Origin: Leucoraja erinacea
Taxonomy: Eukaryota
Assembly: GCF_028641065.1 (NCBI RefSeq)
Contig: NW_026575418.1
Coordinates: 62,001-126,000, forward strand
Length of the DNA: 64,000 nt
Direction: 5' to 3'
Below, piece by piece: positions 36,480-49,060 of the stretch. Made by a program: the position numbers and the translations under genes. Under the pieces are notes generated by a model. The model was given only the letters and a program-made list of their open reading frames with translations, was not told where the DNA came from and made no database searches. Numbering within the stretch: position 1 is the stretch's first letter; the number at the start of each line of letters is the position of its first letter.

Positions 36480-37240
36480 TTTAAAGCCTTGGTGACGGGC
36501 CGGCCTACAACGTGAGATTGGCTGTAGTACAGATGCAAACATGTCGTTCCCGCGCTGCGATTGGCAGCAGCTCAGTCAGCAACTGGCCGCCAGTTTCAAG
36601 TCTGAGGCCGGCGGGGAAAATATTATTTGTGACCAAATACAGAGATTTGTGAGCGGCGGGCGGAGCTCAGACAACCAGTGAGGGCAGGCACACTATAGTG
36701 TGGTTCAATTTCAAATTGCCCGCCAATTTAACAGCAAGCGGGAACCGAAGTAAATACTTGGTAAATACTCGCTTGTAATTGTGAATGCAGCACTATTTTG
36801 TACCTACCAACTTTATTTCGAATTAATTTAAATCACCTCCGTAAACCACTAAATCTGAATACGCGGTGCGAATTTACAGACCAGATGTGGAAACTGATGT
36901 TATTCAGTTCTATCCGAGACTGGAGATAAACCACTGCTTCCCGGGGAAGTTTCGAGTCGACCTTTGTCTTGCTGGATTTACAAAGCGTTAAGTGGCAAAG
37001 GAGAGAACGGGGATAGCCTCTATAATCTTTGGCCTGGAGAATAGTCTACTATATGCCCCTCCTCAGTTTAAACCTTTAGAATATCTGCCTAACTTCAGCT
37101 TTCATCACAACCGCTGAAAACAAGAATCAAAGAAATACATGCAGCGGTCGGGCAATAACTAAAAGTTCATTCATTACATAATGTGATCATGCTCGCGGTC
37201 AATGCTCCCTCAGTGAAATGGTTGGTGGCTCTTAAAAGAG
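36480..37240 (-). repeat. Copy of H3 promoter and H3-H4 spacer with no H3 CDS
   Basis: Near-identical to 53145-54060. It starts at the TTTAAA box and abuts a CR1 fragment where the H3 gene should be. Confidence 0.9.
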
Positions 37241-37242
37241 CC
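37227..37242 (-). terminator. Histone 3' stem-loop (H4)
   Basis: Minus strand AAA-GGCTCTTTTAAGAGCC-ACC, followed by a purine-rich HDE-like tract. Confidence 0.97.
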
Positions 37243-37276
37243 TTTGTTTTGTCGATTGGATAAAGGGAATAATTCT

Positions 37277-37597
<321 letters not shown>

Positions 37598-37919
37598 TCA
37601 CTCAAGTCGCTGCACAATAAAAGGTCGAATGCTACTGTTTCCTTTTATACACAGCGCCCGGACCTGGTCGAGATACGCAGAGAGAGAGAGACAGGCGAGA
37701 AGGGGAGGAGACAGAGTCAGAGTGACAGACAGAGCAGAGAGCGGCCTCTGATCCCCAGCTCGTCCCCCGGTTTTCTGCAACCGCCAATTTCCAACGGTTT
37801 GCTGACAATACACCCGAGACTCAGCGCCCCGCAAACTTTCACAGGCACGGATTCCACATTAAAGGTCAATCAGTAACATTACTGCCTAAATACAGTGACG
37901 TTACTTCGTCTCCTTCCCA

Positions 37920-38679
37920 TTAATAGAAACATAGAAAATAGTAACAGGAGTAGGCCATTCGGCCCTTCGAGCCTGCACCGCCATTTAATATAATCATGGC
38001 TGATCGTCCAACTCAGTATCCTGTGCCTGCCTTCTCTCCATACCCCCCCTGATCCCTTTAGCCACAAGGGCCACATCTAACTCCCCCTTAAATATAGCCA
38101 ATGAACTGGCCTCAACTACCTTCTAATAAATAATTTCCCCCTTATCCTTTTAACAGGGACTCGAAAGAGGGAGCACATATCGCCAATTCTGGCCTCCCTA
38201 CACTGGCTCCCGGTGCACTTTCGGGTTCATTTTAAGATACTGTTATTTGTTTTTAAATCTCTGAATGGGCTCGCCCTGCCTTACCTCTCTGAGCTGCTCC
38301 ACCCATACGCTCCTGCCCGGTCCCTCAGGTCAGCTGCTCCTGGAGGTACCGAGGTCTAGTCGGAGGCTCAGAGGGGATAGAGCCTTCTCTGTTGCTGCTC
38401 CGGCACTCTGGAACACCCTGCCGTTGCACATCAGACAGGCCCCCTCACTGTCCATCTTCAAATCCAGTGTTAAAACGCATTTGTACTCCCTGGCTTTTGA
38501 CCATGCCTGAGGCTTTGCTTCTGTTTGTGGTGTTTTTGATGTTTCTTTATTTTACAAGTCTTTTCCTACTATTTCTTTTGATTGTTATTTTTGGTGTGTG
38601 TTAACTTTTTTGTCAATGATTAGTGATGTACAGCACTTTGTTGCAGCTATGTTTGTTTTTAAAGTGCTCTATAAATAAA

Positions 38680-38720
<41 letters not shown>

Positions 38721-40450
38721 GTGGCAGAGAATTCCACAGATTCACCACTCTCTGTGTAAAAAATGTTTTCCTCATCTTGGTCCTAAAAGACTTACCCCTT
38801 ATCCTTAAACTGTGACCCCTTGTGACTTCCCCAACATCGTGAATAATCTTTCTGCATCTAGCCTGTCCAACTCCTTAAGAATTTTGTAAGTTTATATAAG
38901 ATCCCCCCTCAATCTTTTAAATTCTAGCGAGTACAAGCCAAATCTATCCAGTTTTTCTTCATATGGAAGTCCTGCCATCCCAGGAATCAGTCAGCTGAAC
39001 CTTCTCTGTACTCCCTCTATGGCAAGAATGTCTTTCCTCAGATTAGGAGACTAAAACTGTACACAATACTCCAGGTGTGGCCTTACCAAGGCCTTGTACA
39101 ACTGCAGTAGAACCTCCCTGCTCCTATACTCAAATGCTTTTGCTATGAATGCTAATATACCATTCGCTTTCTTCACTGTCTGCTGCACCTGCATGCCTAC
39201 TTTCAATGACCGGTGTGCCATGACCCCCAGCTCTCGTAGCATCTCCCCATTTTCTAATCGGCCATCATTCAGATAATAGTCTACATTCCTGTTCTTGCCA
39301 CCAAAGTCGATAACCTCACATTTATCTACATTATACTGCATCTGCCATGCATTTGCCCACTCACCCAACCTATCCGTCACCTTGAAACGTAGAAAATAGG
39401 TGCAGGAGGAGGCCATTCGGCCCTTCGAGCCTGCACCGCCATTCAATATGATCATGGCAGATCATCCAACTCAGTACCCTGTACCTGCATCCTCTCCATA
39501 CCCCCTCCATACCCCTGATGCCTTTAGCCACAAGGGCCACATATAACTCCCTCTTAAATATAGCACTCCCTCTTAAATATCGCAGCCTTCTCACATCCTC
39601 CTAGCATCCTCCTCACAGCTAACCCTGCCGCCCAGCTTCGTGTCATCCGCACACTTGGAGATGTTGCATTTAATTCCCTCGTCCAAATCATTAATATATC
39701 TCCCTATAACTCAGACTCTCGCGTCCTGGTAACATCCTCATAAATCTCCTCTCCACCTTTTCCAGCTTGACATCTTTCCTATAACATGGTACCCAAAAAT
39801 GAACATAATACTCTAAATGTGCCTCGCCAAAATCTTGTATAACTGCAACATGACCTCCCAACTTCAAAACTCAATACTCTGACTGATGAAGACCAACATG
39901 CCAAAAGTATTTTTGACCATCCTGTCTACCTGTGACGCCATATCCAAGGCATTATTTTACCAGCACTTCTAGATTCCATTGTTCTACAACAGTCTTCCCA
40001 TTCATTGTGTAGATCCTGCCCATGTTAGACTTCCCAAACACCTTGCATTTCGCTGTATTAAATTCCATCAAACATTCCTCAGCCCACCTACTCAACTAAT
40101 CAAGATCCTGTTGCAGATTTTGACAACCAACTTCACTACCTCCAATACCACCCACATTTGCGTCATTGTAAACTTGCAAGTCATGCCATACACCTTTTCA
40201 TCCAAATCATTGATATAAATGACAAACAGCAATGGGCCCGACACCGAACCAGAGGCACACCAGTGGTCACAGGTGTGCAGTCCTGAAAGCATCCCTTCAT
40301 CATCACCCTCTTCTTCCTCCCATGAAGTCAAATTTCTTTACATTCAGCTATCTCTCAAGAGGATCCCATGCACACCAACCATCCAGAGCAGCCTACCATG
40401 CTGAACCTTGTCGAATGCCTCGTTGAAATCCATATATACACCTTCCACCA
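37920..40450 (-). mobile_element. Nested CR1 fragments upstream of H4
   Basis: CR1 3' UTR and RT text on the minus strand, split by an L2 at 38150-38719. Confidence 0.8.
38150..38719 (+). mobile_element. L2 LINE 3' fragment with (ATT)n tail
   Basis: REHISPILASLHWLPVHFRVHFKILLFVFK and GDRAFSVAAPALWNTLP motifs; (ATT)n at about 38680-38719; inserted in a CR1. Confidence 0.85.
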
Positions 40451-40459
40451 CTCCCCTCA

Positions 40460-41240
40460 TCTTCTTCTATCGTATGTCTTTTCGACCTGCATCTCCACTG
40501 GCTGTGTTGGGTCCCCACACTTGCAGGAGGCGCTGTCCACGAGGCCCCACCTCTTCATCACTGCTCCATAGCATCCGATGCCTGTCCTCAAGCAGTTGAG
40601 GGTTGTCCATTGCTTTTGAGGCAGGCCCTGTCCAGGGACGTCCTTGGGGACATTGATGTACTGGTGTAGCCTAGATGGTTCCGCTGACTTCCACTGGTCT
40701 CTCCATCTCATCTTGGCCCTGGCAGCCTTAGAAGCATCAGCCGGTGTTGTGCAGAGCAGCTCTTGGTCTTGTGTGGCAAAGGGTTGCCTTGACTTGAGGC
40801 GCACTCGTTGTGGTGTCCCTGTGATGATCTGATGGAGGAGGTGGAATTCACTGGTCTGTGCCTTTCGAGAGAGGGCCAGCGTGGCTGCTTCTCGTATGAT
40901 GTTGGCTGGGGCGATGCCAGCGAGGACGGTCAGTTGGTTTTCTGGGATGGCTCGTAGGCATCCGGAGACAGTCCGCAGGGCGCTGTTGATGGCAGCATCC
41001 AGCTTCATGGCTTGAGGGCTACAGCACCAGACAGGGGTGCAATACTCAGCGGCTGACAACACCAGGGCCACTGTGGACATGCGCAGTGTCTTCGTTTTGG
41101 CTCCCCATGTGGTGTTGGCTAGGCGGCGTTTCAGTGCGGCACGGGCGCTTGTCTTTGCCTTGGCACCTTCCAGGTGTTGTTTGAATGACAACGTTCTGTC
41201 GAGCGTCACACCGAGGTACGTGGGGACGGGCTGGGACCGT
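40460..41240 (-). mobile_element. Vingi/Ingi-like (I-group) LINE 3' fragment
   Basis: YLGVTLDRTLSFKQH...RRLANTTWGA...AEYCTPVW...LAGIAP, with a terminal CKCG motif. Clade assigned from recalled motifs. Confidence 0.6.
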
Positions 41241-42370
41241 AACCGCCCTCCTTCTCTGCCCCCCCCCTCCCTCTCTGCCTCCCCCCCCCCACCGTATACC
41301 CCCCCCCCCCCCACACCGTATCTCCCCCCTCCCCCTCTTGGGTGGATATTGGGACCTATGGGTGAGTGGTGCAGTATTGCATTTGGGAACCAACACTCCG
41401 CTGTGATGCCGTGTGCTCCCCAAACCCTCAATCTCTACCCCATCACAATCCCTCTCTACCCCCTCTCGCTATACCCCCTCCCCCTCGCACTCCCTCTCCC
41501 TCCCCTTCCACCTTTTCCTCCTGCTCCGCTTACACCCCCTTCCTCTTTGCCCTCGCTCCCTCTCTGCCCTCCACACATCTCTGCCCTCCAATCCCGCTTT
41601 ACCTTTCAGCGCCCCTCCCTTTCTGCCCCCCCCCCCACTCTCTGCCCCATCCCCTCTTTCCTCCCTCTCTGCCCTGCCCCTCCCTCTCTGACCTGCCCCC
41701 TCCTTATCTGCCCCCCTCACTCTCTGCCCCTCCCTCTCTGCGTCCCCATCATCCCTGCCCCCTCCCTCTCTGCCCCCCCCCCCCCCTCTCTGCCCCCCCT
41801 CCCCTCTCTGCCCCCCTCCTCCCTCTCTGCCCCCCTCCTCCCACTCTGCCCCTTCCTCTCTGCCCCACCTTTCCCTCACTGGCCCCCCTCTCTCACACTG
41901 TCCCCCTCTCTCTCTGCCCTCTCCCTCTCTGCCCCCTCCCTCTATGCTCTCTCCTCCCTCACTTCCTCCGCCCTATCTTTCCCCTCCCTATCTGTCCCCC
42001 ACATCTCTCTTCCCCCTCTCTGCCCCCTCCCTCTCTGACCCCCTCTCCCTCTCTGTCCCCCTCCCTCTCTGTCCCCTCCCGCTCTCTGACCCCCCCTCTC
42101 TGCTCCCACTCCCTCTCTGCCCCTCTACCTCTCTGTCCCCCCTCCCTATGGGGCCCCCTCCCTCTCTGCCCCATCCCACGCTGCCCCCCTCCCTCTCTGC
42201 GCCCTCTCCCCCTCGCCCTCTACTCTGTCTCTATCTCCTCTTTCTCTTTGCCCCCCATCTCTCTCTTTCCCAGTTTCTCTTTCCCCTTCTCTCCCTCTTC
42301 CCCTCACTCTTTTACAACCCCTCTCTCTCCCATTCTCTCTTCCCCCCACTCTCACTCTCCACCTCCCTTT
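41240..42370 (+). repeat. C/T-rich minisatellite-like tract (CTCTCTGCCCC variants)
   Basis: Tandem 10-12-nt units. A similar C/T tract lies at 26570-27230. Confidence 0.85.
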
Positions 42371-43074
42371 GAGAGTCTGTCCCTTCGGCACAGAGACTCT
42401 CTCAGCAGCAGCGTAACACTTCCGACGCCTCTGACGGACTGGGAATGCACTGCTCCATGGCCGGAGCTGCAGCGAGCGACTCGTCAGCCCCGCAAACACT
42501 CACCAGCTCCGACTCCCAGCATCTGTATCCGCTCGCTATTTTCATTGGTCCCTCAGCCCCGGCTCTCCAATATCCATGCAGCTTATCTGAGTTTTGAAAT
42601 TTTCATTGATCACAGAATTTCTCACCACAGAGCGTGGGAAATTTCTGATCAGCATGAGGGCGTGAGAGTTTATTCAAATGCGTGATTCTCACGCTCAAAG
42701 CGTGAGAGTTGGCAGCCCTGAAGTCTTTGTCCTTGTGTCTGTGTGGGCCAGGGTTGTGTCAGCTTTCTGTCAATCTCCTTAATTCCTATCTTCTTCCAAA
42801 CACTAGGCCACAGCCTTCCCAGTTTCACACATGCTACTCGCATTTTTCCCACGGATACGATGAATCTCTTCCCATCACATTACAACCTATATTTCCCAAG
42901 TTACTAATCTTTTAAAAACAGTTTCGAAGTTTTTTCAAGTTTTTCAAGTTCTCATTTTGAAGGAAAAAATACCGACTGACGTCACAATTCACCCGCAAGG
43001 CAGGACAGGACACTCCGCAGGGGAAGGGCCTCAATTGATGGAAGCGAAGCACTGTCATTGGTTACTTCACAGGA

Positions 43075-43590
43075 ATCTTTGTTTGTTTCCAATTATCCAG
43101 CATTAAAGCTACTGAACGCTGATCTGTTATCAAAGTGAAGTGCTGGCGAGCAAGGAAATGACTCCATTTCATCACTGCTTCAATAATTGCTGTAGCTTCC
43201 TTTTCGATGGGTGGGTAGTGCAATTTGGAGAGTACGAGACATGAAAGTTACTGGTCGTCCTCCTTGATATAATGTTAGATATTTAGAATGTCAGACATCT
43301 AAAAACCGTTGTACATTTTCATCATGTTCACCTTGGTCTTTTCCTGCAATAGTTATCTCAAGATAAGGGAAAGTATCTTTAAGGTTTTCCTGTTCAACAA
43401 GTTTGTGCATCTCTGAAAAACAACCACACCATTAGTTACACCAAAAGAAACTGCAGTAATGATATAATTTCTCATTTGCTTCAAACGCAGTGTATTTCTT
43501 CTCTGATTCCTTCAAAGGAATTTGTTAGTAAACACTTTTTAAGTCAAAAGTAGAGAATATCTTATATATCTGTAACCTGAATAAAGTCTA
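43075..43590 (-). mobile_element. Gypsy/Ty3 LTR-retrotransposon RT-RNase H fragment, internally deleted
   Basis: Minus strand: YTAFEA, SFGVTNGVVVFQR, TFPYL, QGGRPVTFMSRTL and EKEATAIIEAVMKWSHFLARQHFTLITDQRSV. Confidence 0.8.
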
Positions 43591-43734
43591 ATTTGAAATT
43601 AAAAAAAAAATGATTAACAGCAGCGGCTCCACCGAACTCCGCCTCCCCGTCCGGTCAAGTGTTACCGGACACGGGGCAGTGGGCGCGCTCTGTGATTGGT
43701 GGAAGCGAAGCACTGGCATTGGTCACTTTAAGGT

Positions 43735-43824
43735 CCAATCAAAGTGTTGATTGACACCAACCAATGACAACGTTCGCTTTCCCCAATCCCTCATTAGCAT
43801 AGGGCGGTGGTGCAGCCTATTTAA
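43735..43824 (+). promoter_or_regulatory. H2B promoter: three CCAAT boxes, octamer-like ATTAGCAT, TATTTAA box
   Basis: CCAAT near 43735, 43761 and 43783; ATTAGCAT at 43793-43800 (one mismatch to the H2B octamer ATTTGCAT); TATTTAA near 43818. The CCAAT/octamer-like layout recurs at about 55365-55456. Confidence 0.7.
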
Positions 43825-43877
43825 TCCGCGCTCGGGTTGACTTCCCTACATTTGTGTTTCCAAAGCCGACAGACGAA

Positions 43878-44261
43878 ATGCCTGACGCACCGAAAGTGAA
43901 AGTGGCAGTGGCCAAGAAGGGCGCCAAGAAAGCCGTGTCCAAACCTGCAGGCAAGGCGGGTAAGAAGCGCAGGAGGTCGAGGAAGGAGAGTTACGGCATC
44001 TACATCTACAAAGTGATGAAGCAGGTTCACCCCGACACCGGCATCTCCTCCAAGGCCATGAGCATCATGAACTCGTTCGTCAACGATATTTTCGAGCGCA
44101 TCGCGGGTGAGGCTTCCCGCTTGGCTCATTACAACAAGCGGTCGACCATCAGCTCCCGGGAGATCCAGACCGCCGTGCGCCTGCTGCTGCCCGGGGAGCT
44201 GGCCAAGCACGCCGTGTCGGAAGGGACAAAGGCGGTGACCAAGTATACCAGTTCGAAGTAA
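43878..44261 (+). CDS. H2B: Histone H2B, copy 1 (127 aa)
   Basis: ATG at 43878; [18 protein letters not shown]...[24 protein letters not shown]...AVTKYTSSK*. Promoter and stem-loop are present. Confidence 0.98.
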   Translation: MPDAPKVKVAVAKKGAKKAVSKPAGKAGKKRRRSRKESYGIYIYKVMKQVHPDTGISSKAMSIMNSFVNDIFERIAGEASRLAHYNKRSTISSREIQTAVRLLLPGELAKHAVSEGTKAVTKYTSSK

Positions 44262-44294
44262 ACATTCTAAATCCTGATTAAACCGAAACCCAAA

Positions 44295-44310
44295 GGCTCT
44301 TTTAAGAGCC
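44295..44310 (+). terminator. Histone 3' stem-loop (H2B copy 1)
   Basis: AAA-GGCTCTTTTAAGAGCC-ACCCA, then ctgAAAGAGtt (U7 HDE). Confidence 0.97.
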
Positions 44311-45044
44311 ACCCACAATCTCACTGAAAGAGTTGTAGCATTATTTCACCATCGAATTGTATGGGGACTTTTGGAAACACAGGTACAATATGTTAAATTG
44401 TGTTTATGTTTATCAAACTGCGGCCGGATTGTTCCCTGAATACCGCTTTACTGAGATCACAACAGGTCCAGTCACAGAACCACTTGACGCCGTAATCTCG
44501 CATCCGACCGCACTTTATGAACTCACTCGACCATAACTTAACGCTGTGTTATTTACACAGAACCCCATCCGTGACACGCATTTGCTCCGTTCGATAACCC
44601 GAGATATAAGATTAAATTCCCAGAATCCCTCTTGTCTATTGTAAATGGATCGGGAACAAGTGACTGGCGAAATGGGGTACGCAAGATCTGAGTTTAAAAT
44701 GTATTTGTTTTTGGAGATTATTGGGAAAAACGTTTTTGAACTTTTCCAAACTCTTGGGGTCCGACGGTTGGTTTCCGCGCTACTCTTGTTGCCGCCCGTT
44801 CACTAGTGTACGCCTACACTCTGATTGGGCTGTTCCTCTCACCAGACATTCATCCGGGAAGTACAAGGAGGAGGTTTCTCTATTTCTGGTGAAATAACTG
44901 GTGAGAAAAGACAGAGCAAAATGGTAAGGGGTCCTGTTTAGACGGAGCTCTTCGTGCGCAGATAAACAGTAGTCCCTCTGCAGGGTTTAGACTAAAACGG
45001 ACATACAGAGACTCTACTGTGCTAGATATATAGAACGGTTGGCA

Positions 45045-46180
45045 TTATAACCATATAACAATTTACAGCACGGAAACAGGCCATCTCGACCCTTCTAGTC
45101 CGTGCCGAACACGTATTCTCCCCTAGTCCCATATACCTGCGCTCAGACCATAACCCTCCATTCCTTTCTCGTCCATATAACTATCCAATTTATTTTTAAA
45201 TGATAAAAACGAACCTGCCTCCACCACCTTCACTGGAAGCTCATTCCACACAGCCACCACTCTCTGAGTAAAGAAGTTCCCCCTCATGTTACCACTAAAC
45301 TTCTGTCCCTTAATTCTCAAGTCATGTCCCCTTGTTTGCATCTTGCCTCTCAGTGGGAAAAGCTTATCCACGTCAACTCTGTCTATCCCTCTCATCATTT
45401 TAAAGACCTCTATCAAGTCCCCCCTTAACCTTCTGTGCTCCAAAGAATAAAGCCCTAACTTGTTCAACCTTTCTCTGTAACTTGGTTGCTGAAACCCAGG
45501 CAACATTCTAGTAAATCTCCTCTGTACTCTCTCTATTTTGTTGACATCCTTCCTATAATTAGGCGACCAAAATTGTACCGTATTCTCCAGAATTGGCCTC
45601 ACCAATGCCTTGTACAATTTTAACATTACATCCCAACTTCTGTACTCAATGCTCTGATTTATAAAGGCCAGCACACCAAAAGCTTTCTTTACCCCCCCTA
45701 TCTACATGAGATTCCACTTTCAGGGAACTGTGCACAGTTATTCACAGATCCCTCTGTTGACCTGCATTCTTCAATTCCCTACCATTTACCATGTACGTCC
45801 TATTTTGATTTGTCCTGCCAAGATGTAGCACCTCACACTTATCAGCATTAAACTCCATCTGCCATCTTTCAGTCCACTCTTCCAACTAGCATAAATCTCT
45901 CTGTAGACTTTGAAAATCTACTTCATTATCCACAACCCCTCCTATCTTAGTATCATCTGCATACTTACTAATCCAATTTACCACCATCATCCAGATCATT
46001 GATGTTCATGACAAACAACAGTGGACCCAACACAGATCCCTGTGGCACCCCACTAGTCACTGGCCTCCAACCTGACAAACAACCATACACCATTACTCTC
46101 TGGCATCTCCCATTCAGCCACTGTTGAATCCATCTTGCTACTCCACCATTAATAACCAACCATTGAACCTTCTTAACCAA
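45045..46180 (-). mobile_element. CR1 LINE 3' fragment between H2B and the H2A remnant
   Basis: ORF 45123-45674 is CR1 C-terminus; same subfamily as 28550-29790. Confidence 0.9.
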
Positions 46181-46296
46181 ATTAACGCATTCCGCATTAA
46201 CGGAAATATCCCACTCACGCCGTTACTCAGCTCTTCCGGGCACTGAAGGTGTCTCTTAAAAGAGCCTTTTGGTCATTAAATTAATATTTCGCCAAG

Positions 46297-46362
46297 TTAC
46301 TTGCTCTTACTGTTCGCGCTGGTCATCTTGGGCGGCAGCACCCTGCCCTGAGCCATGGTCAC
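46297..46362 (-). pseudogene. Histone H2A 3' remnant with internal deletion
   Basis: Minus strand reads VTMAQGRVLPPKMTSANSKSK* (canonical [20 protein letters not shown]...). A damaged stem-loop GGCTCTTTTAAGAGAC lies at 46251-46266 with an AAGAG HDE. The 5' part is replaced by CR1 sequence. Confidence 0.85.
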
Positions 46363-47333
46363 TCTTCCCATCAGCCTGAATCTATGGAATTCTCTGCCAG
46401 TGGAGGCCAATTCACTATATGTTTCCAAGAGAGAGTTACACTTCGGTCTTAATGCTAAATAAATCAAAGGATATGGGGAAAAAAGCAGGAATGGGGTGCT
46501 GATTTTAGATTATCAGCCATGATCATATTGGATGGTGATGCTGGATTGAAGGGCCAAATGGCCTACTCCTGCACCGATTTTTAATGTTTTCTATGTCTTT
46601 CTAAGGTGGCTAAATCCCTGAGGCTTGACCAGGTGCATCCCAGGGCATTGTGGGAAGCCAGGGTAAAATTGCAGTGGATCTGGGAGATATACTTGCATCA
46701 TTGTTAGGCACAGGTCATCTATTGGGGAAGTTGCTGCAGGGGATTTTGAGAACAGGGTCTACCAGCATTTGGACTGATTAGAGTTGGGAGGGGAGAAAAC
46801 TGGAACAGGGCATGGCCCGTTGAGTGATAGGCAGATACAGGTGGGGATGGTTTGTGGGCAGATGGTTTCATTATTGAAATATTTAAAAATAAGAAAAGGT
46901 GAGTGATAAGGACAGAGGATGTGCGGATTGTGATAGAGGTTGTGATTAGGGAGGAAGAAAAACAAGGGTTGGGTTTGGGAATTGTTTGTAGATTAGTTAC
47001 CTAAAACTGGTGAATTCAATGTTCATACCATCAGGTTGTAGGCTGCCCAAGCAGAATATAAAGTACCGTTCCTCCAGTTTGTGTGTGGCCTCACTCTGGC
47101 AATAGAGGAGGCCCAGCACAGAAAGGTCAGTTTGGGATTTGGAGTGGAAATTAAAATGGTTAGCCACTGGAAACTCCAGGCCTTGGTGGATTGAGCGCAA
47201 GTCTTCAGTGATACGGTCACCGAGTCTACACCTGGTCTTGCCATGCAGGAAGCCACAGCAGGAACACCAAATACAACAGAGGTGGTTAAAGGAGGTTAAC
47301 ATAAATCTTTGTCTCATGTTAAGGACAGCTGAG

Positions 47334-47334
<1 letters not shown>

Positions 47335-47387
<53 letters not shown>

Positions 47388-49060
47388 GATTTTATTTATG
47401 GGCGCTTTTCAAGAGTCTCAAGGACACCTTACAAAAATTTAGCAGGTAGAGGAAAAACATGCAAGGGGAATGAAATAAATAGTAGAGACATGACTAGTAC
47501 ACAAAGTAAAGACAGAATTCATTACAAAACACAATAATAAGGCAATTAATGCACAGATGAAAAGTGAGGGGGACGTGGGGCTAAGGATAGGCAGAGGTGA
47601 AGAGATGGGTCTTGAGGCGGGACTGGAAGATGGTGAGAGACACGGAATTGCGGATCAGTTGGGGGAGGGAGTTCCAGAGCCTGGGATCTGCCCTGGAGAA
47701 GGCTCTGTCCCCTAAACTGCGGAGGATGGACTTGTGGATGGAGAGGAGCCGGTGGCAGATGTGGGTTGGTAGGGGGAGAGGAGGTCAGTGAGATATGTGG
47801 GGGCCAGATGGTGGAGGGCTTTGTAGGTGAGGATCAGGATTTTGTAGGTGATCCGGTGGGAGATGGGAAGCCAGTGAAGTTGTTTGAGGACTGGAGTGAT
47901 GTGATGCCAGAATTTGGCGTGGGTGATGAGTCGGGCGGCTGCGTTCTGGACCAGTTGGAGTTGGTTGATGTAGGTGGAGCTGATGCCAAGGAGAAGTGAG
48001 TTGCAATAGTCCAGTCGGGAGGAGATGAAGGCATGAATTAGTCTTTCAGCAGCGGGAGGTGTGAGAGAGGGTCTGAGTTTGGCGATGTTGCGGAGATGAA
48101 AGAAGGAGGTTTTATTGACATGGCGGATGTGAGGCTCAAGGGAGAGGGTGGAATCAAAGATCACGCCAAGGTGGCGGCTCTGGGATGATGGGGAGAGTGG
48201 TGTTATTGATATTGCTGTGTGTGGCTTTGGAGCCTATGAGGAGGAATTCTGTTTTATCGCTGTTGAGTTTGAAGAAATTATGTTGCATCCAGGTTTTTAT
48301 AGCTGACAAACAGGAGTTGATATGGGAGAGGGGGTGGGGAGTTGTGGGGGGATTTGGTGCCAAGGTAGATCTGGGTGTCATCAGTGTAACAGTGGAAGTC
48401 CAGGTTGAAGTGGCGGAGTATCTGACCAAGGGGGAGGATGTAGATGATGAAGAGGAGGGGGCCGAGTACGGAGCCTTGGGGGATGCCTTGAGTGACTGTG
48501 GCTGTAGCAGAGGTGTGGTTGTGCAGAGAGATGAAGTGAGATCTGTTGGAAAGGTAGGAACGGAGCCAGCTGAGTGCAGAGCCTTCAATGCAGAGGTCTT
48601 TGAGTCTGACTCTGACATCGGGGGGGGGGGGGGAGTGCGGTGGGGAGATACGTTTTTTTGGCCTTCCATCACAGCGAGGTGATGGATGTTTATGTAAATT
48701 ATGTTGTGTCTTGGGTCTTTTTGTTTGTAATGTATGGCTGCAGAAACGGCATTTCGTTTGGACCTCAAGGGGTCCAAATGACAATTAAATTGAATCTTGA
48801 ATCTTGGTGCGCAGGATGTTATGGTTCACTGTATCGAAGGCAGCGCTTAGGTCGAGGAGGATGAGGATGTTGAGGGAACCAGAGTCAGCAGAGGTGAGGA
48901 GGTCATTGAGGACTTTGAGGAGAGCAGTTTCTGTGCTATGGAGGGGGCGAAAGCCAGATTGGAGGGGTTCAAGTAGGTTATACGCAAGGGGGTGGGAATG
49001 AAGTCGCGACGCAACGATACGCTCCAGGTGGATCGTTGGAGATCCTTGGGTTAATGTGAG
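47335..49060 (-). mobile_element. L2 LINE fragment with (ATT)n tail
   Basis: [35 protein letters not shown] and SRLDYCNSLL motifs on the minus strand; (AAT)n at 47335-47388 on the plus strand. Confidence 0.88.
48610..48800 (+). mobile_element. Short 3' copy of the same unclassified element, inserted in L2
   Basis: Near-identical to 58650-58850 (gactctgacatc, poly-G, ...ggggtccaaatgacaa). Confidence 0.7.

Noticed and set aside
42702-42720. Solo hAT-like terminus (reverse CAGGGCTGCCAACTCTCACG)
   Set aside because: No partner TIR or TSD found in the window, so the element cannot be delimited.
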